64,000 nucleotides of DNA from Tubiluchus corallicola (Eukaryota > Animalia > Priapulida), in assembly GCA_030141605.1 (NCBI GenBank), contig JAQGDQ010002386.1, positions 124,001 to 188,000 of the forward strand. Direction: 5' to 3'. Under the pieces are notes generated by a model. It ran no database searches and was not told where the DNA came from. It saw only the letters and a program-made list of their open reading frames with translations. Shown piece by piece: positions 40,611 to 53,700 of this stretch (positions are counted from its first letter, which is position 1; each line of letters begins with the position of its first letter). The translations under genes were made by a program, and so were the position numbers.

Positions 40611-43600
40611 TTAATCATGTCATGATGGCAGCATTGTTAGATTATTCATTAATCCAGTGATGAGCTTAAAATGTGAAATTGTCAATTTAAATTTGCGATG
40701 TTTTGTATTTAATTGTCAGTCTTATACAGTAGTGCCAAGCTTCAATTTTTGCTTTTGAAAATGTGTGAAACTCTCATGATGGTTTCTACATTTAGAAAAA
40801 TTTTCTCACTTGTAAACTCACCGTTACCTATGCTTACCTGCTGTTAATGAATTTTTTCATATAATTTCCGTAGTGCTCCCGTAGGTATAATATCACAGTC
40901 TCAATGTAAATCAGAAACTTTTGGTAATTATTGTAGTTAATAAAATGTATGTCTGAGACCAGGTCAAAAGAGTTTGGTCTGAGAAATCATACTATTTTCC
41001 TTTAAATAAATTATCATCTAAAGACATAGTTTTAATATAATGACGAGTTTTGCACTGTGTTGCTGCGATTAGCGATGACCACTAATTTATATTAACAATG
41101 GACAAAAATTGTTTCAGATGAGCGGTCCAGTTCTTCCCACTAAATGACATTATGCTTATTTATGCTATTGCTGTCTGCCAGCGCTTTCATTAATTCATGG
41201 TTGTGCTAGAAAAATTGTGAACAGGGTAACTAACAGACGGAACATTATGCAATGTACTGTATTTTAGTACAAATGCCAATTACCAAATGCAGCATGCCCA
41301 GTGTCTAATTCATCCACATGTGTTACAGTATTGTGTTCTATAATTCTCCTCTTTAAGACAAGTCATCTTACCATTATACTTCTACATTGTTTAACTGACA
41401 AAAAGAAACTCTAACATATGTTTATTGTTTAACTTTGCATTTTGGTTATCACCAAGATCGTTTAATGTACTAACATACAATTTTATTGACTATATCTTAC
41501 TGTGACATTTTTACTTTTTTATGTTTCTTTATTTTAGAAATGTTTTAAATAATGCCAACATTGATTTCTTGAACGTGTAACTTTACTTATATTTTATAAT
41601 CTTTAATTTATTCAGGGTTCTTATTAGGGTCACCATAATTATTATTTTTGTACATAGCTTATTAACGTACATTTATTATTTTATGTAAAAATGATGTGCT
41701 TATTCTATTGCTTATGTTAGGACAATTTTAAAAAAATCCCTTAGGTCATTTATTAGCGTTTGATTTTGTTCATGTTAGATAAATGTCAGCAATACTTTTA
41801 TTGCATACTTTATCAAAAATTGAATTTTTCATTTTTTGCCATAATTAGATTGTAATTCTAACCAAATAGAATAAACTGATAGTTTCAACGTCGAGATTAA
41901 ATAAAAAGTACAGAGAATTTTGTGATTTCAATAATTAAATTGTTTTTCGCTTCGCTTAATATCTTTTACAAACTTATTTTTCAACTTTACGAATTTGTAG
42001 TTCGATTTCTGATGAAGGACATTTTTGTATAACTGTGACTAAACAAAAACTTACGTTTGCTTACACTTACTGTTAAAGGGCAGTAAAATTCAATGACATA
42101 TCTTGAAGATTTCTTGAAAAGTAAAATTAATTGCATAATAAATATTTTTATGGCTACTATTTGCTGTATTTGAGAACATTTGAGTCCAAATTTTTGGTTT
42201 TGTCATAAAAAAACGTGAATTGTACTGAGGCAAATTTATTTTGCTGTTAACATAAATACTGAACACATTACATTTATTTCAGGTGATAGTGCTATATTTC
42301 ATTCATTTTCAGCACTAACTCACTAGTGGATTTCAGCAAGCCAGCCACTCAGTCAATTTCCCTCTTAAAACGAGAAATTTTTAGTACATGTGCACTTAAG
42401 TAATGATCTGATTTACTATTTTGCATTTAATGACTTTGTTTCAAAACAGAAAATGGACTAGTAACATCTCCATAGTTATACATAAAAACTTAGTACATTA
42501 TAAATTTACGAGTATCTTTTTATTTTTCACAGACGTATTACAGTACTGGTGTTACCATAACAACAATCATTAATCACACTACATGGTGGCACAAATGTTT
42601 TTAGACATATAATTACAATATAAATAGGAATATCTAGCATAAATGCTATTACTAAACATATACATTATATAAATATACATCTGTTTTGTACGTACGTGCA
42701 ACATGACATCATCACATACTATAATGACTACACCAAATGGTGGTAACATTTACGTACTTCTTGAACATCACGAAGGGTAAAATTGAATTAAGTATAACCA
42801 AGGCAAATGAAGTCTGAAATTGCCAGTAGAGAAATTTCCTTTTTTTTACTGTGACTATAACCCAGTATTGTGAGGTCAGAAAATCGTTCAAACCATCTGC
42901 AACTATTCAACACTTAGCAAGCACTTTCTAAGAAAAGAACCTAGCTAGGACCACTAATGGAAGTAAACTGTGGAGCCTGTATAATATTGTTAATGAAACT
43001 GATTTAAACAAGTACACAAACTTACTTCACTAGTAGAAAAAAAAGGTACAAGTAACGCAGAAATTCGAAATTCTGTAAATCCAGTCTAGCTTAGTCATTC
43101 AGGACTAGTGCAATAAATAATTCAGAAACTTGTAATCATAACATAATAATGTAGCATTCAGAGTCGAGAGTTTTCTCTCAAAGAAACTTGCAAGTTTTAT
43201 ATCAAGAAATGTGCAAGTGTCTTCACACTAGAAAGCAGTGTCTGCTGTGACTACTCTAAGACAGTAATCATAAGCAAAACCTTATGACGGATAATGTAGC
43301 GACATTGAGGTTAAAAGAAATTTACTCTTAGCAAATTGATTGTCTTTGCAACAGCTAGGAACTGTCAAGAGGTTTCACAATGAAAACAGGTCGTGTCTCT
43401 ATTCAAAGCGAGAAGTGTAGAAAAGATGCAGATAGTAAACTCGCAGCAGGGGCATTTACACTAAACAGTAATCAACTCGTAGCTCTTGTCTGCGACTTCG
43501 CAATTTCTTGAAACAAAAAAGTCACAAAGCAGTTATACAAACAAATTTGCTGTAAAATAGAAAATTCTGCCGTTGGCCCAAGTGCAGAAAATATATAAAT

Positions 43601-44772
43601 CATGTGCAAACGAAAAAGCATTGTTTACAAAAAATTGCAAACTAAACCAAACTATAGGTATGGAATAACGGCTTGCTCATAAAACGGTAAGTTGTTTGAA
43701 CCCCGCAACCAACACTTACATAAATTAGATATTGAAAAATCTGTAAAATACAAGGAAGAAATTGTAAGAACCTGCTTTATGTTACGGCACATTGGTAGAC
43801 ATTAACATCATCAAAATTCTATAAGTTATTTACACCTTGGTAATTTATAAGTTATATACACAAGGAATCACAAAATTAAATGACTGATCAACTGAGTCGA
43901 TGATACATGAACACAGTAATTAATAAACATCAGTTGTGCTGAAGGACAAATTGTGAAAAATAATAGTTCGGCGCTGAAATGCTTAACATTAGAATCCATT
44001 CGTGAAAAATTAACTTTAAGGCTATAAGAGTGAAAATTGTTCATAATAAAGCTGGGTGTGCAAAATTGTGTGTCAAAATAACAACCTAACACTTTTGCAA
44101 ATCCAATGTTCATCCTGCATGATCGACATTGTGCACAAGAGCAACTCCACAAAATCATATTTAGAAAAACGTGAAAGAAAATAAATCCAAAAATCAAACT
44201 ACTTGTTGTTACTAAAATCTCTTAGGAATTCTAAAAATGCAATTATTCGATTTGTGTGCAGCTAAGAATAAAGGAAAATTAATATAATGGATTGAACTTC
44301 TAATAAAACAGAAATTTCAAGTATTAATAAGTTTCTTAACGTAAGAGCACTGGCTAGAAACTAATAATGAGATAATAATAATAATAAAACTATAACTATA
44401 TTTTTACTGTTAACAATGTTCATAGACTGATAACAAAAACATTAATAGTAGCTAGTTTGGCAAAACTTATAATGCAATACTTCAACATTTGCAAAAAGGA
44501 ATCAGTGCACATTCAGCCTGTTTTTGTATCCTCTAAATCCATATTTAAGAATCACTAGAAAACCAGAAAAACAAGAAAATGGTAGTTATGTATTATGAAT
44601 GGACGAATTACTTGGTAGATGAACATGTTCCAAAAGAAAGTGAAATCAAAATTAAAGTCACGTATCCATTCTTAACTCCTGGCTCCGATCCTATGACTAA
44701 AAATAATGCATTACATACAATGGCTGATTATATGGAAGCTCACTATCAAATAGTAGACGCACAGTGAAAAAA

Positions 44773-44786
44773 TCACACTTTGTCAT
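44773..44786 (-). CDS. UBE2W: UBE2W last coding exon
   Basis: tttcag|AT GAC AAA GTG TGA completes H-D-D-K-V*. Confidence 0.8.
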
Positions 44787-47700
44787 CTGAAATGTAACAA
44801 CAAATGTTTTACGTTTAATGCAAACTATGAAATGGCAAAGAAAATATTTGTCATTGATTAAGATATTTCATGCCATAGTAGATTTCAGGAATTAAAAGAA
44901 AATCAGCGTAATTAAATATCAAATAGTGCTGTCGAAAGTTTGTTGGATACACCCAAGTTGAACACCAAATAATGGCACTTCAACATAAATAATTAACTAT
45001 AGTAAAAGTTAATATAGTTACAAGTCATAATAGTACCAATTGCATACAAGATAATGATACATCAGCATACAATAATAGTCGGGATATTGATGAAAAACTT
45101 ACCGTGGTACCACCACCTAGTCTTCTTTGGATTTTTGTTGCATGTGCGTACATAAAATGTGTTATCAGGTGGTCGTTTCTGCAACAAATGAAGGATAAAT
45201 TATGACATTTTACTCGCATTGGAGGATCTGACAAAGCTAAACCATATCTAGAAGTACCTGTTCAATTATTTTTTATATTCTTGCATTTTTCATCAGAAGA
45301 CATTTTTACGAAAAGTCACATATAAGTCAAAAGCTTCATAATGTTGATCATTAACAAGGTTTACCCGCTAAGCAGATTCTCCCACCCCTGGCCCGTCAGA
45401 AGTGCCTTAGTCAAGTTTGAATCTACGAGATAAATAGCCAAACTCAGTATGGTGAATGAAACCCACTCAAAGTAAACGATGGCAGTTACACATCCATGAG
45501 TTGGCCAACCTTGGTGTTGCTTAACTTTTATTGCAAAGCACAGGCGCATGACCACTAGCCTATTTCCCTGAAATTTCACGTGTATTTTTCTCAATGTAGC
45601 TGACCAATGTATTTACAACTTCATTTACTGATTACTAATTACTGATTTTTTTACAAACCTTTTCCTTGCAGCTGCTTAGCATACTGACTATACTTAAACA
45701 GATAGATTGTACAGAAAGCGCTGGTGACCAATCCTCTGTCAAGATGGATAGACAAATGTGGCCATTACTGTAGACATGTGGATGCACAGGAATGTGATTA
45801 CCAGTGAAAACTACCTGTGGTAAAAATGCAGAAGTTCACTAAAATTCAGGAAAACGAAGACGTTTGTGGCTTCCTAGTTTGTCTACAAACAAAGAAACCC
45901 AGTGTTCCTGGTTTAAAAATCCTCCGAGGAATTTTCCAGCACAATTATAGAGCTTACAAATCAATTTCGTCCTACTAAGCACAAAAAGTAGTGCCCAGCA
46001 GCAGAAGAAAAACTTCTGGCACTCCAACCATTTAATGTTTTCATTTTTGTTTCGTGGGTGAAGACACAAATTGTGCATGTTTTTTGCGTCCCTGAGACCG
46101 ACTTTCCCTTTTCAACAAGAGGGGATAAAGATAAATGATTTTTTTCTAAAAATCACCCGGAGTTTGATTTGCAGTACTGACCAGAGTAACTTTTCTATGT
46201 ATGAGTTGTGCATAACACGACAGTCCTAAAACATTCAGCTCCAGCATTAAAAATTGCAAAGATTATAAAAGACATAGAACACTGTCACAATAATACAATC
46301 GGCATTTAGAGAAACGCTACTGTTTCTCCCAAAATTTTCGATCTACTAAGCCACACGATACAATACACATGCCGGTAAGTAACAACATTTGCTTTTTTTC
46401 TAGATTGTATGTAGTAATTAGGACAGCTACGATGATTTCTGACTAGGCAATTTTGCTGCATTTTGAAAACTTTTGTTAATGTCGGATTAGTAATTAATAA
46501 TTAACAGTAACTGAACTTTAGACGAATCTTGCACCCTTTCACCCTTACGCCCGGGGGCAATTGCTCCCTCTCGCCCCTACCTTGCTATGCCCCTGGCTAC
46601 AGCAAAAGGTTGCAGGCAAAATTCCTTCACGCAAAATCAGGTGCAAATACACGACAATAAATCTCGCTTGATACAAAGAGCTACAAAGACCATTTAGTAA
46701 TCTGCCGGGAAGCAAAAACATACATAATAATTATGCTGTTTTATATTATCAGTGAGTTTTTAGGACATAATAATGCAATATGTACTGCTTTAATGCTTAA
46801 AATTAAATAAGAAAGTTGTTGATGAAATAAAAATGGTTTTGAGCAAAGTAAAAAAAATTGTCGTTAAAACGAAACATGAGTTAAGTGAGAAAAAGTGTCA
46901 AATGTTCAGCATTGTTACGTCACAAAAACAGGAGTTATTAAACGAGGTCTTACTGTATATGACTTTCAAAATTTAATTTACATAATACTTTATTTCATCT
47001 TTTGGATCTTAATGCTCTTTAAGAAGATGGAAGAAACTGTTTAAGGGAAATAAAGCTCTGGAGTAATTACCTCGGGTGAATCAAATGGATACCTATTACT
47101 AAATTTGAATAGTAGTTGAAAGCGTTCTCCCTCATACAGAGTACCTGTAGCACCTTCCATTTCTATTGTCCACCTATAATCATACATAAGTAACTATGTA
47201 AAATAATGAAGGCAGGGCCAACCATGCAAAATTTCATCTGCAGACCATACAACAAAATACCCTTGAATTTCTATTCCAAATCTTAACTTTATAGATACAC
47301 AGATCCAGTTATGAAAAACCAGGTCAATAAAGTGCAATTCATAATAAGTTTACATATAGCCGTATTTATACTCATCAACATGCAATTACAAGTTAGATCC
47401 CAGATGAAACCTTTACACGGATATCTAGGTTTCTGCACACTTAATGCCCACACAACTATAAACTCGCAATGATTTGCACAAAACACTAAAAACTTTTCAG
47501 TGTAGAACATTTTTACTAAAATAAAGTTTTGAAGACAATGTCAGTACATACGTGTGTAGACTGTGGTCTGCATTAACTTTTATCCCAGGAGGCGGATCTC
47601 GTACAAGTGTTGACAGCTCCTTCTGTAGTCGTTTCTGTTAAATTATTATTGTTATATTAGCTTAATATGTTACAACTGTTGTACGATATTACATTGGACA

Positions 47701-50700
47701 CAATAATTCACGAATTCTTATTAAAAAAGTTTAGACGACAATGGTGGTTACAGCCTATACTAGTAAAATAGTGACCGTGACTAGTAGCTACTAACTATTT
47801 AAAAGCTTAATGCATTTGAAACAATATTTGATCATAATTTCGACAACTGTGACCTTCTATAACATTCTAATTTAAACAAGTACAGACAGCAATAAGCCTT
47901 TTATGCTATAAAGTGATGCCAGGACTCTCTTAATTCTTTTTAGGCAGTTTCACGCTTTTAATAATTTAGACCACTTGTGCACCTACTAATGATTAATGAT
48001 GACATACGGGCTCGTTTTTGTGCCTTGTAAATCCACTAATGGTCACCTGCCTGCAGATTGAGCCAAGTAAAACAAGGGTAGTAAAATATTCCCTTGGGTC
48101 AAATAAGGGACCAACTTGGAAACAAACATTTAGTTAGGAAAAATATGAGACTACTCGCTGGAGACATCATCTTTAATGATAAGAATAAAAAGTCCATGAG
48201 CTTTATTAGAATCAGAAGCAGATATTCTTTATTGCCAAAAGATTTTTTAAAAATCTGCTTTAAAAACTAATAAAGGGCATTCAACTTTTTATTCATGATA
48301 ATAAACATTTAGATCCTTTAGGTAAATATTATCCCTGGTCTATACCCAAAACAAGCTTTTTACAGTAAGTTGCTAACCCAACCAAGTATACTTCAACTGT
48401 GGTTTCTTTACTGCCACAGAGCTACTACTGGCTTTCAGTACTATCATGTTTACTCTCAAATAAGGATAAGTTCGACGAAAGACGCAAGATACTTGAATTT
48501 TCTGAAACTACCTTCTCACATGGTAATGGAAAAACCAGGGCTGTCTCTCTCTCCTAGTCAATGCAACTGTGCTTTTCCTGTGTTTCATTTGTTGTGCCTC
48601 TGCAACTTTAATACGTGATTGTATGCTTTTATGTGTGATGTTTTTATTTGTAAATAATATAAAGAAACCAAAAAATTGGTTTTAGAATCTTTATGTGTTT
48701 CCCCCTTTTTATTTCAAGTCTTGTGTCTTTTTATTGTATTAATTGTGGGATTTTTTAATAATCAGCAAGGTGTGCAACTGGCTAATAACCACTAAAAAGA
48801 ATTTCAACTAATTAAATAAATTCTTTCCTAGGATTAGGAAATTAGGTGTTTCACAAATCTAACTCAGCCAGCACATGCATGGATATCACTGACAAACTGT
48901 ATGTCTGTTCTCCATCACATAAATATGACAAACCAGTTATTAAAATTTAATGCAGAATTGAAAATATTACGGTTAACCTGTTTTTTACTCAAATACAGCC
49001 AAAGTTATACAACACACTTACATAAACTAACACTAGCTCAACAGTACCATATCAAGGCCTTGCTCAAACGAATATCAAGTACCTGGCATAAAAGAGTTTT
49101 TCAACAACCATGAACAACAGCAAGTACATTTGTACATGAGTACATCTATGGAATATTTGGCAAAATCCATATGGGCTGACAAAATCCTTACTTCAAAAGT
49201 TGAAAGAGTGCTAGCATACAAAAGATGTTTTTAGAGCACTCGGTGCTTGTTTAAAAGACTTGACATTGGGGGCATTAACAATACCACTGCTTAAACTGTT
49301 CCATTCCTGCACAACACGGTAGGAGAAAAATGCTTGCTGATATGTGTGCATGAATGCTGAATATATAGTTTTTGCTAATGACATCAATGTAACTCTCTAT
49401 GAGGATTCTCAAAGAACTCACTCCGATCCAAATTTGTGGCCGGATTCACTATCTTGAACATGCAGACAATTGTGTCATGGCTCTAATCTAGGGTAGGAAC
49501 TGATATCGTTGGCAAGACGAAGACATCTTCTTTGGACTTTTTTATCTTCTCTTTAAAAGATACAGATTGCAGTGCCCTAATAACAACAGCATATTCCAAC
49601 AAAGGACTAATCAAAAGGTTTGTATATAGGTACAGCAACTGACGGCTCAGGGCATACGACTCTCTAATGATACCAATTCTTTGTTTAGCAGTCTTACATG
49701 AGTAATATAATTGTTGCTACCATATGCAGAATATCAATTGGAAGGTGCTGCATAGGAAGAGCAAGAAAGATGGTGGAATGCTTTTGCCCCCTAGTAAGGC
49801 CTACAAAAAGGTTAAGAAGATGCATTATGAGCATTTTGTGAATTCTTACAACATCATTGAATCATGACTAACACACATTAGGGAAACAAAGGCTGTTAAA
49901 GGGCAAGAAGAATTAATGAATTTTGCAGATGACTCGAGAATGGCCCCAGAAATACTGAATCATTGACCAGTATTAACAAAATAGAAGAAATAAATAATCA
50001 GACAAATCTTTTGTGTATATTAGAGAAACTCCCAATGTACCTTTAACCAAGACAGAAAACAGAAGCATATAAAATTAGAATAAGTCAAAAATGAAGTCCA
50101 ACAGTTGACAATGTAGTGCATTTTGTTTAAGCTGCAGCTTTAGAAGCAACTGATCCAGTTTTCGGTAATTTAGGGTATGCCCAGACCAAGAAAGAAGGCC
50201 CCCAGATAGTGTTTACACGGGCAGCAAAAATTAGACTCTGGTACCCTTTTCCTTATACTCGTGGGGTACGCAATTGTTAAGATTCAGTAGCAGTGAAGAG
50301 ATGGTCTTTATTCGTACATAAGAACAACGACTGGCGCATTTCACCTAACCACAGCTGTTAGGCCTGTGTCACACAGAAAAAGCCACAAAAAGCAAGCCAT
50401 AATCCGTAAGGTATAAAGCGTCTTCCATCTTCCGTAAGGTGCATGTCATAATTCGCAGTATGCGCCTTGCTTTGTATAACTATGCGGGAGACACAAAACT
50501 ACTATATTTTAATATAATAGGTACTATAGTTTAATAGTTAAAATAATTTTACTCATTACAGAATAACAGATTGTCAGTCGCATACGTTGTATATGCATAA
50601 CATGATTGACTGGCATGCTGCCTCCTGCATGTAGTATACATTTATTATATGTATTGTAGTAATATGGCAGTAGTAATTAAGTGCTGTGGGTTAAATATGC

Positions 50701-53700
50701 CTTTTAATGTTTATAGTACATCGATGTTATGAATTGTTTTATACGTAATTCTTATGAAATGAATTTTGCATAGAAAAGCTTAATTATGCAAATTTTCACA
50801 TTAGTGATAAGCAAAAATTCCTTATGGCAAATGAAATTAATGGCCAAAGGCTCAAAACGGCTTGCAAAGCTCCACTAGAGACCTTGATAACATAGTTGCC
50901 CAATTCTGGCAGGTGGAAGTGTGTGAAGATGAAACCACTATTCTGAAGAAGATATCAAGATGATTATATATATATACTAATACTAATCTGTAATAAAACA
51001 TACAGAGAATGTACAGTAATAAAATGTTGTAGGAGGATTCAGTAATTCTACCTAAGGATAATCACTACCAATTGCCAACACTATTGACAATTGATAGTGA
51101 TTATGCTTAGATAAACCCAATACCATTCTGAAGCAAGTATCCTGAGCTCCCAAAAACTTACCTGTGCTCCCTGTGGCACAGTCTAGATTGCAGGGTCGTA
51201 AAAACAAGCTACAAAATGACTGTGGAAATCTTAAATTTGCTAAATATGGCATATGCCGAGGAAATAAATGCCAAAAGTATTAATGGCAGCCCTAGAAAGA
51301 TTTGGTATTAGCCTCACTTTGCAGTTAGTAAAACAAACAAGCCAGATAAAAACAAGAATTGTGTTTAATTGTGCTGTTCAATTTGAAGGTACTACTCTCA
51401 ACAGGAATGTTACGCAGGGCCCTGCTTCAGGAGTTGTGCTTAAATTTAGAAAAAACCAAATAGATTTCATGGCTGATCATGAATGCATGTTTCACCAAGC
51501 AAAGGTACTGCAGAGGATAGTGATATACAAAGATTTTTATGATGGGAAAATGGTTGTTTAAACGCATAACCAAAAGTCTACAGAATGGCCGTACACACAT
51601 TCTGTGGAATGTGGTGACCAAGTGCAGCAGCTTTTGCACTCCAGAGTACTGCAAGGGATAACAGGCATTTGTATGATGAAAATGTATTGGAAGGCCATTA
51701 ACTCCGATTTCCGATGATCCCGAGGATGCAGAACCATTGAGGCCAAATCGTCTGCTTTTGGCTCACAATCACGCTTTGCTGCCACAAGGTATTTTTTGAG
51801 ACTGATCGATACAAACACAAGTGACAACGCATTCAGCTCTTAGCGACAACAACAACAACAACAAAAAATAGACTATGCCAAAGAGAAATCTCAAAGTTAA
51901 TGATGTGGTGCTTGTGAAGGAGATCAGATATCTGTAGCCACTGTGAAATATGTAACAAGCTCATGATGGCCTGAAGGAGTGAAGGATAGATTTTTGGAGC
52001 AACCCATACAGAAGCTTTGTCTTCTGAAGGGTGCTGACAAATTGCTTGTTGAACATGTTTGTCAAAATGCTCTGGTCAAGTTTGCATTAGAGAGGGGGAG
52101 TGTTGCTGCCATATGTAGAATAGGAAGTTGGAAAGTGCTGGCCTAGTTATGAATGGACTTTGTATTTGAAAGAGACCTTTACAATGGGTAGAATAATCTT
52201 CTTACACACTGCATACCTTTCAATGTAACCATTTTGGGCTGTACTCTTGCCACTAGCATCTCTTCCTCTCACATTTCTATCTTCATCATCCTGCCTTCCC
52301 TTGCACATTTTTACTCAGCTTCACTGACAGACATTGCATCTCTTGCTCTGATGGCACATATAGCTGTTACAGCTGGGCTTTAAGCATTTGAAGCAAAGTC
52401 TTTTCTTTCTGGACAGCTCCAATCTGTCTTCTGGCTTCATGGCAGCCAAGTTTGCACATTCAGTTACGAAGTGTTCACCTATGCAGATGCTGCATGTACT
52501 AGGTCTCTTTGACTCACCTGATATTTTGAATAAAAAATTTGTTAGGCAACTTGCTTTAGCATCTTTTCTCGCCGTGAGTTTCTGGCATCTGTTCTTTTTC
52601 GGTCTGTATATTCTAAACTGATTTAGTAATCATTAAATTTCAGTGATCACATGGAAACCCGAGCCAAGATATCAGATCTTACCACCATAAGGCATCATGT
52701 GATTAAGTAAAAACATAGAAGGTATCAATAGTGACTTGTATAATTCTGAGAAAAGCACACTCAACAGTTTCAGCTGAAGAAGCCCACTGGTCAGACTGAG
52801 ACTCAATACTGTCGAGATCTATTGTGGTCGTAAACATGTCAGAATCAAATTGTGATTTGATTTTAGCATATAATTTTAACAAAGCAGGGCTCCAATAGAA
52901 AGATGCATCCTTTATCTACACACTAATATAAAGAAAAGTTGAAACATACCTCCTATTCATAAAAAAATTACTGTTAGCGTCACGAGAACAGACTAAGACC
53001 GAGCGATTTCCTGAAATGTTTTCATTTGGGAGTTAGCAGATAGCAATATTTTTATCTACTGCTGTGTGCCACAGCCTAGGTGTTTTGGATATAAGCACGT
53101 GGTGCCTCCTGGTGTTTGTTTTTCCTAGTTTAGACAGGTGAGCTAGGTCAGGAAATAGGCCATTGGCCTCATTTCACAGTTAGCATATGAAAGAAGTGAG
53201 TCACCGGTATGCGGCAAAGATGTAAGTTTCATTTCTTCACATTTCGTCATGTCATATTATTATTAATTATCATTATACCAGTTACTTAATGTTTTGACGT
53301 TGGTTTAGCAGAAAGAATTTTTAATTTTTCTTCAGCTAAAACGAAGTCGAACGCATGTCGCGTACAGTTTTATATCTCAGTCTGTGTACCTAGAAGAGAC
53401 GGCCATATTGCTTTCGAGAACAGAACACCTGGACAAGGGTAGTACAGCATGGCTTCCGGGCAAGGACGAGATTTGTTGAGACTAAATGAAGAACAGCTTC
53501 AGCAAAAAACCGTACAAGAGTTAAGAAAGTTGCTACGGGATAAGGGATTACAAGTCGCTGGAAGCAAAGCAGAATTAGTCCAACGAGTACTGGACAGCGA
53601 GATTACTGCAGAGGTAACCACGCCTACTTCAAAGAGTGAGAGTGTTAAAACGGCTCGTGACCAATCAGGCGAGGTGGGAGTGATGCAAACGGACAACACC

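Noticed and set aside
42551-42564. X-box-like GTTACCATAACAAC
   Set aside because: Weaker half-site, located in the 3' end region of two convergent genes.
44579-44767. 62-aa plus-strand ORF
   Set aside because: Antisense to the UBE2W 3' UTR with no homology or splice support.
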